From contig JBGCDG010000040.1 of NCBI GenBank assembly GCA_045105195.1, positions 9,930-73,929 on the forward strand: DNA of 64,000 nucleotides, read 5' to 3'. The stretch comes from Roseobacter sp. GTDB taxonomy: Bacteria > Pseudomonadota > Alphaproteobacteria > Rhodobacterales > Rhodobacteraceae. How positions within the stretch are numbered: the stretch's first letter is position 1; the number at the start of each line of letters is the position of its first letter. The notes beneath the pieces were generated by a model. The model had not been told where the DNA came from. It did no database searches and was given only the letters and a program-made list of their open reading frames with translations. A program made the position numbers and the translations under genes. Below, piece after piece: positions 10,631 through 20,156 of this stretch.

Positions 10631-12928
10631 TTAGTTCATCTGCTGCAATACCGTATCTGTCAGGTCATTCAGAGAAAACGGCTTGGGCAGAAATACCGAA
10701 TTGGGAATCTTCGTCTGCATCTCGCTAAAGCTGTCTTCGGCATAACCGGACACAAAGACAACACGCACTTCTGGGCGCGACTTCAGTGCCTCACGCACCC
10801 AACTGGGGCCATCCATGCCCGGCATGACCACATCGGTGACAAAAACATCCACATTGAGTGACTGATCTTCGAGCGTCTTGAGGGCAGCTTCGGCAGAATC
10901 GGCTTCAAGTACGGTATAACCACGTAGCCGCAACGCCCGACTTGCGAAGGCGCGCACGGGTGCTTCGTCTTCCACAAGCAATATGACGCCGTCACCGTGT
11001 TTGCCGGTAGGTTTTGCCGGTTCCTCCGCCGCTTCGATCACGATCTCTTCCACTTTCTCCAAAACAGGGAAGTAAAGCGAAAAGGACGTGCCAACGCCCA
11101 TCGTACTATCGACAAAGATGTACCCGCCCGTTTGTTTGACGATCCCGTAGGCCGTCGAGAGGCCCAGTCCGGTGCCTTCCCCCGTCCGCTTTGTGGTGTA
11201 GAATGGCTCAAATACTTTCTGGCGTTTGTCAGAACGGATACCGACCCCATCGTCTGACACTTTAACAGTGACGTATTCGCCCACGGGTACAGTGACCCGG
11301 TCACGCTGCAATGGGTCTTTGAGGCGTTTTTGCTCGGTTTCAATACGGATTTCACCTCCGTTAGGCATCGCATCGCGCGCGTTGACCACCAGATTCATCA
11401 AAACCTGCTCTAACTGACGCTTATCCGCGCGGATAGGCGCTAAAACGGGGTCATGTGTAAGGGTCAGAGTCACTTTTTCACCCACCAAACGGTTCAGAAG
11501 ATGGGTCAGATCCGCGAGCGTGTCGCGCATGTCGAGTGTTTCGGGACGCAAGGTTTGTTTGCGGGAGAAGGCCAGCAACTGTCCGACCAGCGCGGCCGCC
11601 CGATTGGCATTCTGATTGATCTGTACCAGATCGCTATAATCTGGATCACCCTGATCGTGCCGCAACAAAAGCAAATCACAATGCCCTGAAATCGCGGTCA
11701 GAAGGTTATTGAAATCATGCGCCACACCGCCTGCAAGTTGCCCGATTGCTTGCATTTTCTGACTTTGGACGAATTGTGCCTCGAGAGATTTCAACTCAGT
11801 CGCGTCATTCAAAACCGCAATCAAAGCAGGTTCGCCCGCTTCGGTAATGCGGTTCAGCGTCACTTGGACAAAGACTTCCTTGTCCAAGCGCTTCAACCGC
11901 AGAAACTCGGAGTTTTGAACCGCGCGCCCCGCCAGAGTATCCTTCAGCCAATCCGTGATTGACCGCCCCAACCCTTCCATGAAATCCGACAGATGCACAT
12001 CGCGATCCAGCGCAAGGCCGATCAGGTTGGCTGCCATCAGGTTAAAGGCTTGCACATTTCCATCCGGATCCACTTTCAGGAGCGGCACCGGCAAGTTGTG
12101 AAAGACGTTCCATTCCTCTTTCTCCGCGCTGATTTGACCAGGGGGCAGGAAAAACAGCGCACGTCGGCCCGCACCTGCTTCCTGTTCAAGCACCAGGACT
12201 TCGACCGGGCCAGCTTCGCAATCGATTTCGCTCACAGCACCCGGGGTGAAGGGCAATGATCGAAACAATCGATCCAGCGCCGGAACGCGCCGCCCAACGA
12301 GAGTGCGCGCGGCTTTGTTCATGCGCAGAACGGCGTTATTGGCCCCCACAAGTACCATCGGAAGCTCTGGGCTTTCTTCCTGTGGGGCAGAATTATCTAA
12401 ATCCTCCACCCGCCACACATAGTTTTCCGCGCCCGCACTGTGGACACTGATCCGGATGTGTCCGCGACGTGTGACGATGCTTTCTTGTGCCTTGCCCTCA
12501 GAAACGGCGCGCGTTTGAAGCCGGAACACAATGCCATCCGGATTAGCAACCGTACTATCGAGCGCTGAGGTCACGGTTTTTTGTCCTGCGCCCTGAAAAC
12601 GAGCAGTCGCTGCAGTGTTTTGAAACAAGATCGTGCCTTCAGCGTCTGAAATGAGACCGGCGGTGCCGTCTTTTTCCATAAAATCGCCCATGATCCGAAG
12701 GGCAGAGGCTTTCTTGCGTCGGTGCAGACCCCCGATGATCAGCAGCGCCAGGCACAGCAAAACGAGCGCCGCAGCTGCTGCAAACAGCGCTTTTTGTGCC
12801 ACGTCACCTGGCACCATAGCTCCAACGACCGCGAGCACGCCTGCACTGAATACAATTGTCCCAAACCGACGCCGCGCCTCAATGGCGAATTGGGTCAGCT
12901 TGGATGGCGTCAACGCAGTGCTGTACAA
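10631..12928 (-). CDS. hybrid sensor histidine kinase/response regulator, probable cell-cycle kinase CckA
   Basis: 765 aa with two N-terminal TM helices, PAS repeats, HisKA (GQLAGGVAHDFNNLLTAISGH), HATPase_c and a C-terminal REC domain. The longest-ORF start is TTG. A CtrA box lies upstream and recA-alaS are neighbours. Confidence 0.8.
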   Translation of the reverse strand: MYSTALTPSKLTQFAIEARRRFGTIVFSAGVLAVVGAMVPGDVAQKALFAAAAALVLLCLALLIIGGLHRRKKASALRIMGDFMEKDGTAGLISDAEGTILFQNTAATARFQGAGQKTVTSALDSTVANPDGIVFRLQTRAVSEGKAQESIVTRRGHIRISVHSAGAENYVWRVEDLDNSAPQEESPELPMVLVGANNAVLRMNKAARTLVGRRVPALDRLFRSLPFTPGAVSEIDCEAGPVEVLVLEQEAGAGRRALFFLPPGQISAEKEEWNVFHNLPVPLLKVDPDGNVQAFNLMAANLIGLALDRDVHLSDFMEGLGRSITDWLKDTLAGRAVQNSEFLRLKRLDKEVFVQVTLNRITEAGEPALIAVLNDATELKSLEAQFVQSQKMQAIGQLAGGVAHDFNNLLTAISGHCDLLLLRHDQGDPDYSDLVQINQNANRAAALVGQLLAFSRKQTLRPETLDMRDTLADLTHLLNRLVGEKVTLTLTHDPVLAPIRADKRQLEQVLMNLVVNARDAMPNGGEIRIETEQKRLKDPLQRDRVTVPVGEYVTVKVSDDGVGIRSDKRQKVFEPFYTTKRTGEGTGLGLSTAYGIVKQTGGYIFVDSTMGVGTSFSLYFPVLEKVEEIVIEAAEEPAKPTGKHGDGVILLVEDEAPVRAFASRALRLRGYTVLEADSAEAALKTLEDQSLNVDVFVTDVVMPGMDGPSWVREALKSRPEVRVVFVSGYAEDSFSEMQTKIPNSVFLPKPFSLNDLTDTVLQQMN

Positions 12929-12978
12929 ACTTGGGCTCCTAACCAGCGAATCGCTCAGTCATTCAAAAGCGTTCGAAG

Positions 12979-12993
12979 TTAAGTCCAACTTAA
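12979..12993. promoter_or_regulatory. CtrA-type box TTAA-N7-TTAA (gTTAAgtccaacTTAAc)
   Basis: A perfect full CtrA consensus about 51 nt upstream of the CckA-like start codon. It sits inside a 7+7 inverted repeat (GTTAAGT/ACTTAAC). Confidence 0.5.
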
Positions 12994-13031
12994 CCAAGAA
13001 ACGACATGCAATCTGAAGTTGAGTATCGTGA

Positions 13032-14195
13032 CTATTTGCGCCGCGTCAAGTGGGCGGTGTAGAACCCGTCCCCCTCAGCACAGACATCAAAGCGCTGTTG
13101 AAAAACACATATCCACCCTGGGTTTTCACGCAGAAAAAAGGCAATGCGATCTTCGTTCTCCGCACGCAAAATAGAGCATGTGGCATAGGCGAGCGTTCCG
13201 GTCTGTGCGGTCAAGGTAGCGGCATGACGCAGAATGCCATCTTGCGTGCCGCAAAGGGCCTCAAGTCTGGCAGCATCAAAATTCCATTTCGCTTCCGGTG
13301 ATCGTCGCCACGCGCCGCTGCCTGAACAAGGTGCATCGCACACGACAAGATCGAACGGCGCCTGACTTTCCAAACCTGCTGTATCAATTTGGAAAATGGT
13401 GCTTCCGGCCCGGGCCGCCCGCGCATCAAGGTCGCGCATCCTGTTGGGATCACTGTCGTGGGCAAAAACCGTATGCCTTCCTGTAGCGGCCAGCGCCAAC
13501 GCCTTACCGCCGCCGCCCGTGCAATAGTCCAGGCACAATTGCCCATCAGGCAATGCTAAAACGACCGCCTGTGATGCGGCGTCTTGCAGTTCAACAAACC
13601 CCGATTGATAGCTTTGAGACAGCTTTACACGACGTTCGCCCGACGTGACTGTCAGCGCTGTATCCGCCAGCCGGTTCCTCACTGTTTCAATGCCGTCCTC
13701 AGCCAGCATGGCAGCCGCTTCGTCGCGTGTCGTCATTTGAATGTTCACCCTAAGGGACGTCGGCGCACGATGCTGCAAAACCTCGGCTGCTTGCGCGGCC
13801 TCCGAGCCCAAGCTTGTTTCAAACACGGGAACCAGCCAGTCTGGCAGGTTCCAATGCGCGTCACACGACGCAGCATCGCCAACGCACGCCATTTCCTGTT
13901 CCGTCAGAGGCACGGGAGCGTACCCGTCGCCGGTAAAAGCAGCCGCAAGATCTTCACCCTGCGCGCGCATCAAGCCGATCATCAGCGCACGACCAGATGA
14001 CCCGCCACCTAAGCAAGCCACCGTATCTCTTTGTCGCAAGACACTAAAAACATGATCGCGAACCGCAGCGCGGTCTTTTGATCCTGCAAACCGGCTTGCC
14101 CGCGCCCAGCGGGTCAGCGCTTGTTCAGCCGCGAGCCCCGCCGCCATGGTGTCAAGTATTTCGATGGCCGCAGCGACCCGAGCCGCTGGCGTCAT
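13032..14195 (-). CDS. RsmB/NOP-family class I SAM-dependent RNA (m5C) methyltransferase
   Basis: 387 aa with a SAM-binding region and the catalytic DAPCSGSG..WRR motif. Confidence 0.85.
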   Translation of the reverse strand: MTPAARVAAAIEILDTMAAGLAAEQALTRWARASRFAGSKDRAAVRDHVFSVLRQRDTVACLGGGSSGRALMIGLMRAQGEDLAAAFTGDGYAPVPLTEQEMACVGDAASCDAHWNLPDWLVPVFETSLGSEAAQAAEVLQHRAPTSLRVNIQMTTRDEAAAMLAEDGIETVRNRLADTALTVTSGERRVKLSQSYQSGFVELQDAASQAVVLALPDGQLCLDYCTGGGGKALALAATGRHTVFAHDSDPNRMRDLDARAARAGSTIFQIDTAGLESQAPFDLVVCDAPCSGSGAWRRSPEAKWNFDAARLEALCGTQDGILRHAATLTAQTGTLAYATCSILRAENEDRIAFFLRENPGWICVFQQRFDVCAEGDGFYTAHLTRRK

Positions 14196-14241
14196 ATCTT
14201 AAAGTGGAAATTTAAAAACACACTACAACCTACTGAAAAAA

Positions 14242-15693
<1,452 letters not shown>

Positions 15694-15849
15694 CTACCTC
15701 GCTGATGGAGTGTTCATTTGGCAGTTTCCTATTTCATGGGACCGCCCGAATTAAAAGAGGCTTTTTTGCGTGCAGCCGCGGCCAGTGCAATTGCAATCCC
15801 CGGATCTGCGCGCAAAACTAAAGCGTAAAACAAGTGGAGATATGACGAC

Positions 15850-16836
15850 ATGGCAGACCATGGCTACGAGAGCGGCAGGCTGGATTTGCCTTTTGTGGGA
15901 ATTTCCACTTTTGCAAAACGCCCTTACATTGCAGATTGGAACAGCATTTCAGCGGATGTTGCAGTGCTAGGCGCCCCCTTCGATGGCGGCACGCAATGGC
16001 GGGCGGGTGCGCGCTTTGGTCCGCGTGGCGTGCGCGAAGCATCGACCTTATTCAGTTTCGGGCACGCAGGCGCTTATGATCATGAAGATGATGCGACCTA
16101 TCTGCCCGCTGATGTTCAGATTGTGGACATGGGTGATGCAGATATCGTCCATACGGACACGGAAAAAAGCCACGCTAATATCGAAACCGGCGTGCGCTCT
16201 ATTCTGCGCGCCGGTGCACTGCCCGTCGTGATCGGTGGTGATCATTCGGTCAATATCCCCTGTATTAGAGCCTATAATGGACCCGAATACACAGGGTCTG
16301 CATTTCATGTTTTGCAAATCGATGCGCATCTTGATTTCGTGGATGAACGTCATGGCGTGCGGCACGGACACGGCAACCCGATGCGCCGGGCGGCAGAGCA
16401 AAGCTATGTGCGCGGCTTAACCCAAGTTGGCATTCGCAATGTGAGCTCGACCGCCAAAGAAGGGTACCAGGCGGCGCGCGACATGGGCTCCCGGATCCTT
16501 TCCGTGCGTCAGGCGCGCGCCATGACCCGGGACCAACTGGCGCAAACAGTCCCTGCCGGAGAGCCGCTATACATCACGATCGATATAGACGCGTTTTGCC
16601 CATCGATAGCGCCAGGCACCGGCACACCAAGCCACGGCGGGTTTCTATATTATGAAGTCCTAGAATTGCTTCAGGATGTGGCCGCGCGCAATCCCATTAT
16701 TGGCGTTGATCTGGTCGAAGTCGCACCGGACTATGACCCGACCGGCGGCACGTCGATCCTTGCCGCACAGGTGTTATTGAATTTGCTTGGGTTCATCTTT
16801 CACGCACGCGGGCAAAACCCTGACCTGATCCCGTGA
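15850..16836 (+). CDS. agmatinase / ureohydrolase (arginase family)
   Basis: 328 aa with Mn-binding motifs GGDHS, DAHLD and DIDAF. The exact guanidino substrate cannot be told from sequence. Confidence 0.85.
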   Translation: MADHGYESGRLDLPFVGISTFAKRPYIADWNSISADVAVLGAPFDGGTQWRAGARFGPRGVREASTLFSFGHAGAYDHEDDATYLPADVQIVDMGDADIVHTDTEKSHANIETGVRSILRAGALPVVIGGDHSVNIPCIRAYNGPEYTGSAFHVLQIDAHLDFVDERHGVRHGHGNPMRRAAEQSYVRGLTQVGIRNVSSTAKEGYQAARDMGSRILSVRQARAMTRDQLAQTVPAGEPLYITIDIDAFCPSIAPGTGTPSHGGFLYYEVLELLQDVAARNPIIGVDLVEVAPDYDPTGGTSILAAQVLLNLLGFIFHARGQNPDLIP

Positions 16837-16979
16837 CACATCGCAGGGAATTTCATGACCATTATGATGATTTAGGGGAGGGAATGCCGCGCCCGGTGCA
16901 TTATGTGACGCAGAGTAGCGCTCACTCGAAACACCGGGCGCTACCTTGACGTCAGACGTTTAAAGAGCGAGCCAGACCC

Positions 16980-19025
16980 ATGCCCAACGACCCCCTAGTT
17001 GTATTCACCCCTTCGGGGAAACGCGGACACTTTCCTAAAGGCACGCCAATCTTGACCGCCGCACGTCAGCTCGGGGTTGATCTGGATTCCGTTTGTGGTG
17101 GGCGTGGCATCTGTTCAAAATGTCAAATCACGCCAAGCTACGGGGAGTTTTCCAAACACGGCGTCACGGTGGCCCCCGACGCATTGTCTGAATGGAACGC
17201 TGTCGAACAGCGCTACAAGGACAAACGCGGTCTGATCGATGGCCGTCGTCTGGGCTGTCAGGCGACGGTACAAGGCGATATGGTGATCGATGTGCCGCCC
17301 GAAAGCCAGGTGCACAAACAGGTGGTTCGAAAACGCGCCGAGGCGCGCGATATCGTTCTCGATCCCTCGACCAAGCTTTACTACGTCGAGGTCGACGAAC
17401 CCGATATGCATGACCCCTCGGGTGACCTGGAACGGCTTCGTGCTGCGCTGCGCACTCAGTGGGAAGTCGAAAACGTTGCCGCCGATCTGCATATCCTCCA
17501 GTCCTTGCAACCGATACTGCGCAAAGGCGGCTGGAAAGTGACAGTTGCGGTACACTTGGGCGACAGTGAAAACAGCCCGCGCATCATGCATGTTTGGCCG
17601 GGCTACTATGAGGGCACGGTCTATGGGCTGGCCGTAGATCTGGGTTCCACGACCATCGCGGCGCATCTGTGCGATCTGCAAACCGGTGCGGTGCTTGCAT
17701 CTTCCGGTGTGATGAACCCGCAAATCCGGTTTGGCGAAGATTTGATGAGCCGGGTCAGCTATGGCATGATGAACGCAGGCGGAGCATCAGAAATGACGCG
17801 CGCGGTGCGCGAGGGCATGCGGGCCCTGTTCACCCAGATTGCGGCCGAGGCGGAAATCAACAAGGAATTGATCGTTGATGCAGTGTTCGTCTGCAATCCC
17901 GTCATGCATCACCTGCTGCTGGGCATTGACCCGTTCGAGCTGGGCCAGGCCCCTTTTGCGTTGGCCACAAACAACGCGATCCGTCTGCGCGCTGACGATC
18001 TGGAACTCAACATTCACCCCTCTGCCCGCGTATATATGCTGCCGTGCATTGCGGGTCACGTGGGCGCAGACGCCGCCGCTGTAGCCCTGTCAGAAGCGCC
18101 GGAAAAATCTGACGATCTGGTTTTGGTGGTCGATGTGGGCACGAATGCAGAAATCCTTTTAGGTAATCGCGAAAAGGTGCTGGCCTGCTCTTCCCCCACA
18201 GGCCCTGCATTCGAAGGCGCGCAGATCAGCTCTGGTCAACGCGCAGCCCCTGGTGCGATCGAACGCGTCGAAATCGATCCCACCACGAAAGAGGCGCGTT
18301 TCAAAGTGATTGGCTCAGACCTCTGGTCAGATGATCCGGATTTTCATCGCGAGATTGGCGCCAGCGGGATCACCGGAATTTGTGGGTCTGGTATTATCGA
18401 AATGGTGGCCGAAATGCGCATCCACGGCATTGTTGATGCGCCCGGATTGATTGGCGCACCCGAGCAAACTGGCAGCGCGCGATGTTTCAAGGACGGACGC
18501 ACCTATTCCTATCTTGTCTACGATGGCACGGCCGACGGTGGTCCCAAGATTACTGTGAACAACAGGGATATCCGTGAAATTCAGATGGCCAAGGCGGCGC
18601 TCTATTCCGGCGCACGTCTGTTGATGGACAAATTCGGCGTCGACAATGTTGATCGTGTCGTGCTCGCAGGGGCTTTTGGTGCGCATATTTCCACAAAACA
18701 CGCGATGGTGCTTGGGATGATCCCGGACGCGCCGCTCGAAAAAGTCACCTCTGCGGGAAATGCTGCAGGAACCGGTGCGCGCATCGCTCTGCTCAACACT
18801 TCAGCCCGCAGTGAGATCGAAGCCAACGTGCGCGCCATACACAAGATAGAAACCGCGATAGAACCCCGTTTTCAGGAGCATTTCGTCAACGCCTCGGCCA
18901 TACCAAACGCTGTCGAACCTTTCCCTATTCTGCGCGCATTGGTCAGCCTGCCAGACGCGACATTTAATACCGGCGGCGCTGATGGCGGATCCGGTGGTGG
19001 CCGCAGACGAAAGCGGCGCGCATGA
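16980..19025 (+). CDS. 2Fe-2S ferredoxin / ASKHA (DUF4445) fusion protein, RACo/RamA-like corrinoid reductive activase
   Basis: 681 aa. An N-terminal plant-type ferredoxin Cys pattern (CGGRGICSKCQ...LGCQ) is followed by an ASKHA ATPase fold (VDLGSTTIAAHL, VDVGTNAEI). The C-terminal tail is basic. Confidence 0.8.
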   Translation: MPNDPLVVFTPSGKRGHFPKGTPILTAARQLGVDLDSVCGGRGICSKCQITPSYGEFSKHGVTVAPDALSEWNAVEQRYKDKRGLIDGRRLGCQATVQGDMVIDVPPESQVHKQVVRKRAEARDIVLDPSTKLYYVEVDEPDMHDPSGDLERLRAALRTQWEVENVAADLHILQSLQPILRKGGWKVTVAVHLGDSENSPRIMHVWPGYYEGTVYGLAVDLGSTTIAAHLCDLQTGAVLASSGVMNPQIRFGEDLMSRVSYGMMNAGGASEMTRAVREGMRALFTQIAAEAEINKELIVDAVFVCNPVMHHLLLGIDPFELGQAPFALATNNAIRLRADDLELNIHPSARVYMLPCIAGHVGADAAAVALSEAPEKSDDLVLVVDVGTNAEILLGNREKVLACSSPTGPAFEGAQISSGQRAAPGAIERVEIDPTTKEARFKVIGSDLWSDDPDFHREIGASGITGICGSGIIEMVAEMRIHGIVDAPGLIGAPEQTGSARCFKDGRTYSYLVYDGTADGGPKITVNNRDIREIQMAKAALYSGARLLMDKFGVDNVDRVVLAGAFGAHISTKHAMVLGMIPDAPLEKVTSAGNAAGTGARIALLNTSARSEIEANVRAIHKIETAIEPRFQEHFVNASAIPNAVEPFPILRALVSLPDATFNTGGADGGSGGGRRRKRRA

Positions 19026-19864
19026 GCGGAACAAACGACGACCAGAAGGCCTTTTGGGAGAAATTCGCATCGCTATGGGTGACACAGCAAGCCGCTCTGG
19101 ACAGCTTGATGGCACCAATTCTCGACCGGGTTCTTACAGAAGCGGTCATTGCTCCGGGCGAAACTGTACTGGATATTGGATGCGGCACAGGCATAAGTTC
19201 TCTGCGCGCGGCGACAGCTACCGGGTCTGCGGGGCGGGTTCTGGGCGTCGATATTTCTGAACCGATGCTTGAACGCGCGCGCGCCACCGCCACAGACGTT
19301 GAACATCTGCAGTTCGAGACCGCCGATGCCGCCGCGTATGATTTTTCGCCACATTCATTTGACGTTGTCATATCGCGCTTTGGCGTCATGTTCTTTGTCG
19401 ACTCAATTGCGGCGTTCAGCAACATTAGGCGCGGAATGAAGCCGGGCGCGCGGCTGATCATGGGTACATGGTCTTATCTTGATGCAAATCCTTGGTTTCG
19501 AGTGCCGATGTACGCCTCGAAAAGGCGTCTTGGCGCGCCGCCACCGATGGACCCCGATGGCCCCGGACCTCTCGCATTTCGCGATATCACCCGCGTAGAC
19601 AGTATTTTGAAGACGGCAGGTTTTCAGAACATCAAAGGGTGGGCAGAAACTTTGCAACTGGAACCGCCCGGAGATTTGCAAAGCGTCGCCCAGCACGCAG
19701 GTTCCATCGGACCCGCCGCGCGCACCATCCAGCATTTCAACGCAGATCAGGAAGACTTCGACGCTATCGTTTCTGAGATTGCACAGCACTTTGCGGATTA
19801 CATGACGCCACAGGGCGCACGTATTCCCGCAGCTATCAATTTCTTTACCGCAACGGCACCCTAA
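19022..19864 (+). CDS. class I SAM-dependent methyltransferase (type 11)
   Basis: 280 aa with SAM motif I VLDIGCGTG. Its ATG overlaps the stop of the upstream ASKHA gene (ATGA). Confidence 0.85.
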   Translation: MSGTNDDQKAFWEKFASLWVTQQAALDSLMAPILDRVLTEAVIAPGETVLDIGCGTGISSLRAATATGSAGRVLGVDISEPMLERARATATDVEHLQFETADAAAYDFSPHSFDVVISRFGVMFFVDSIAAFSNIRRGMKPGARLIMGTWSYLDANPWFRVPMYASKRRLGAPPPMDPDGPGPLAFRDITRVDSILKTAGFQNIKGWAETLQLEPPGDLQSVAQHAGSIGPAARTIQHFNADQEDFDAIVSEIAQHFADYMTPQGARIPAAINFFTATAP

Positions 19865-19913
19865 ACGCGTTGCCCCTTGACCCGCCCACGCTCCACGCCT
19901 ATCGGAACGACGC

Positions 19914-19987
19914 GCGGGTATGGTGAAAAGGTATCACGGCAGCTTCCCAAGCTTTAGTTACGGGTTCGATTCCCGTTACCCGCTCCA
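19914..19987 (+). tRNA. tRNA-Gly (anticodon CCC)
   Basis: Hand-folded cloverleaf of 74 nt. Acceptor GCGGGTA/TACCCGC, D stem GTGA/TCAC, anticodon loop TTCCCAA, T arm ACGGG-TTCGATT-CCCGT, discriminator U and encoded CCA. The anticodon stem has one C-U mismatch. Confidence 0.85.
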
Positions 19988-20079
19988 GAATCCGTTTAAT
20001 CGTTGGCTACACCATCTAACTCAGTGACTGCCAATCGCTTTCGCGCGTAAATGCGACATCTGCACATCGTTTCGTAATG

Positions 20080-20153
20080 TGTTTGCAAATTCAATTTTCT
20101 TGTTTGCAAATCAAACCAATTCATTTGCAAACTTGACTACTAGTGTTTGCAAA
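20080..20153. repeat. array of four phased TTTGCAAA palindromes (iteron-like, unit about 21 bp)
   Basis: Cores lie at 20082-20089, 20103-20110, 20124-20131 and 20146-20153, giving spacing 21/21/22 nt. Three of the four extend to TGTTTGCAAA. The array sits in an AT-rich patch between the tRNA 3' end and the stop of the convergent acyl-CoA ligase. Confidence 0.8.
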
Positions 20154-20156
20154 GTT

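Noticed and set aside
16837-16979. Cobalamin riboswitch upstream of the RACo-like gene.
   Set aside because: The leader is only 143 nt. I cannot find the conserved B12 box or the multi-helix core, only a simple nested inverted repeat.
20060-20100. Possible dif (XerCD) site: TTTCGTAATGTGTTTGCAAATTCAAT resembles the TTCGCATAATG XerC arm.
   Set aside because: The XerD arm (TTATGTTAAAT-like) and the CATAA-N6-TTATG dyad are absent. The similarity is limited to a few bases of one arm.
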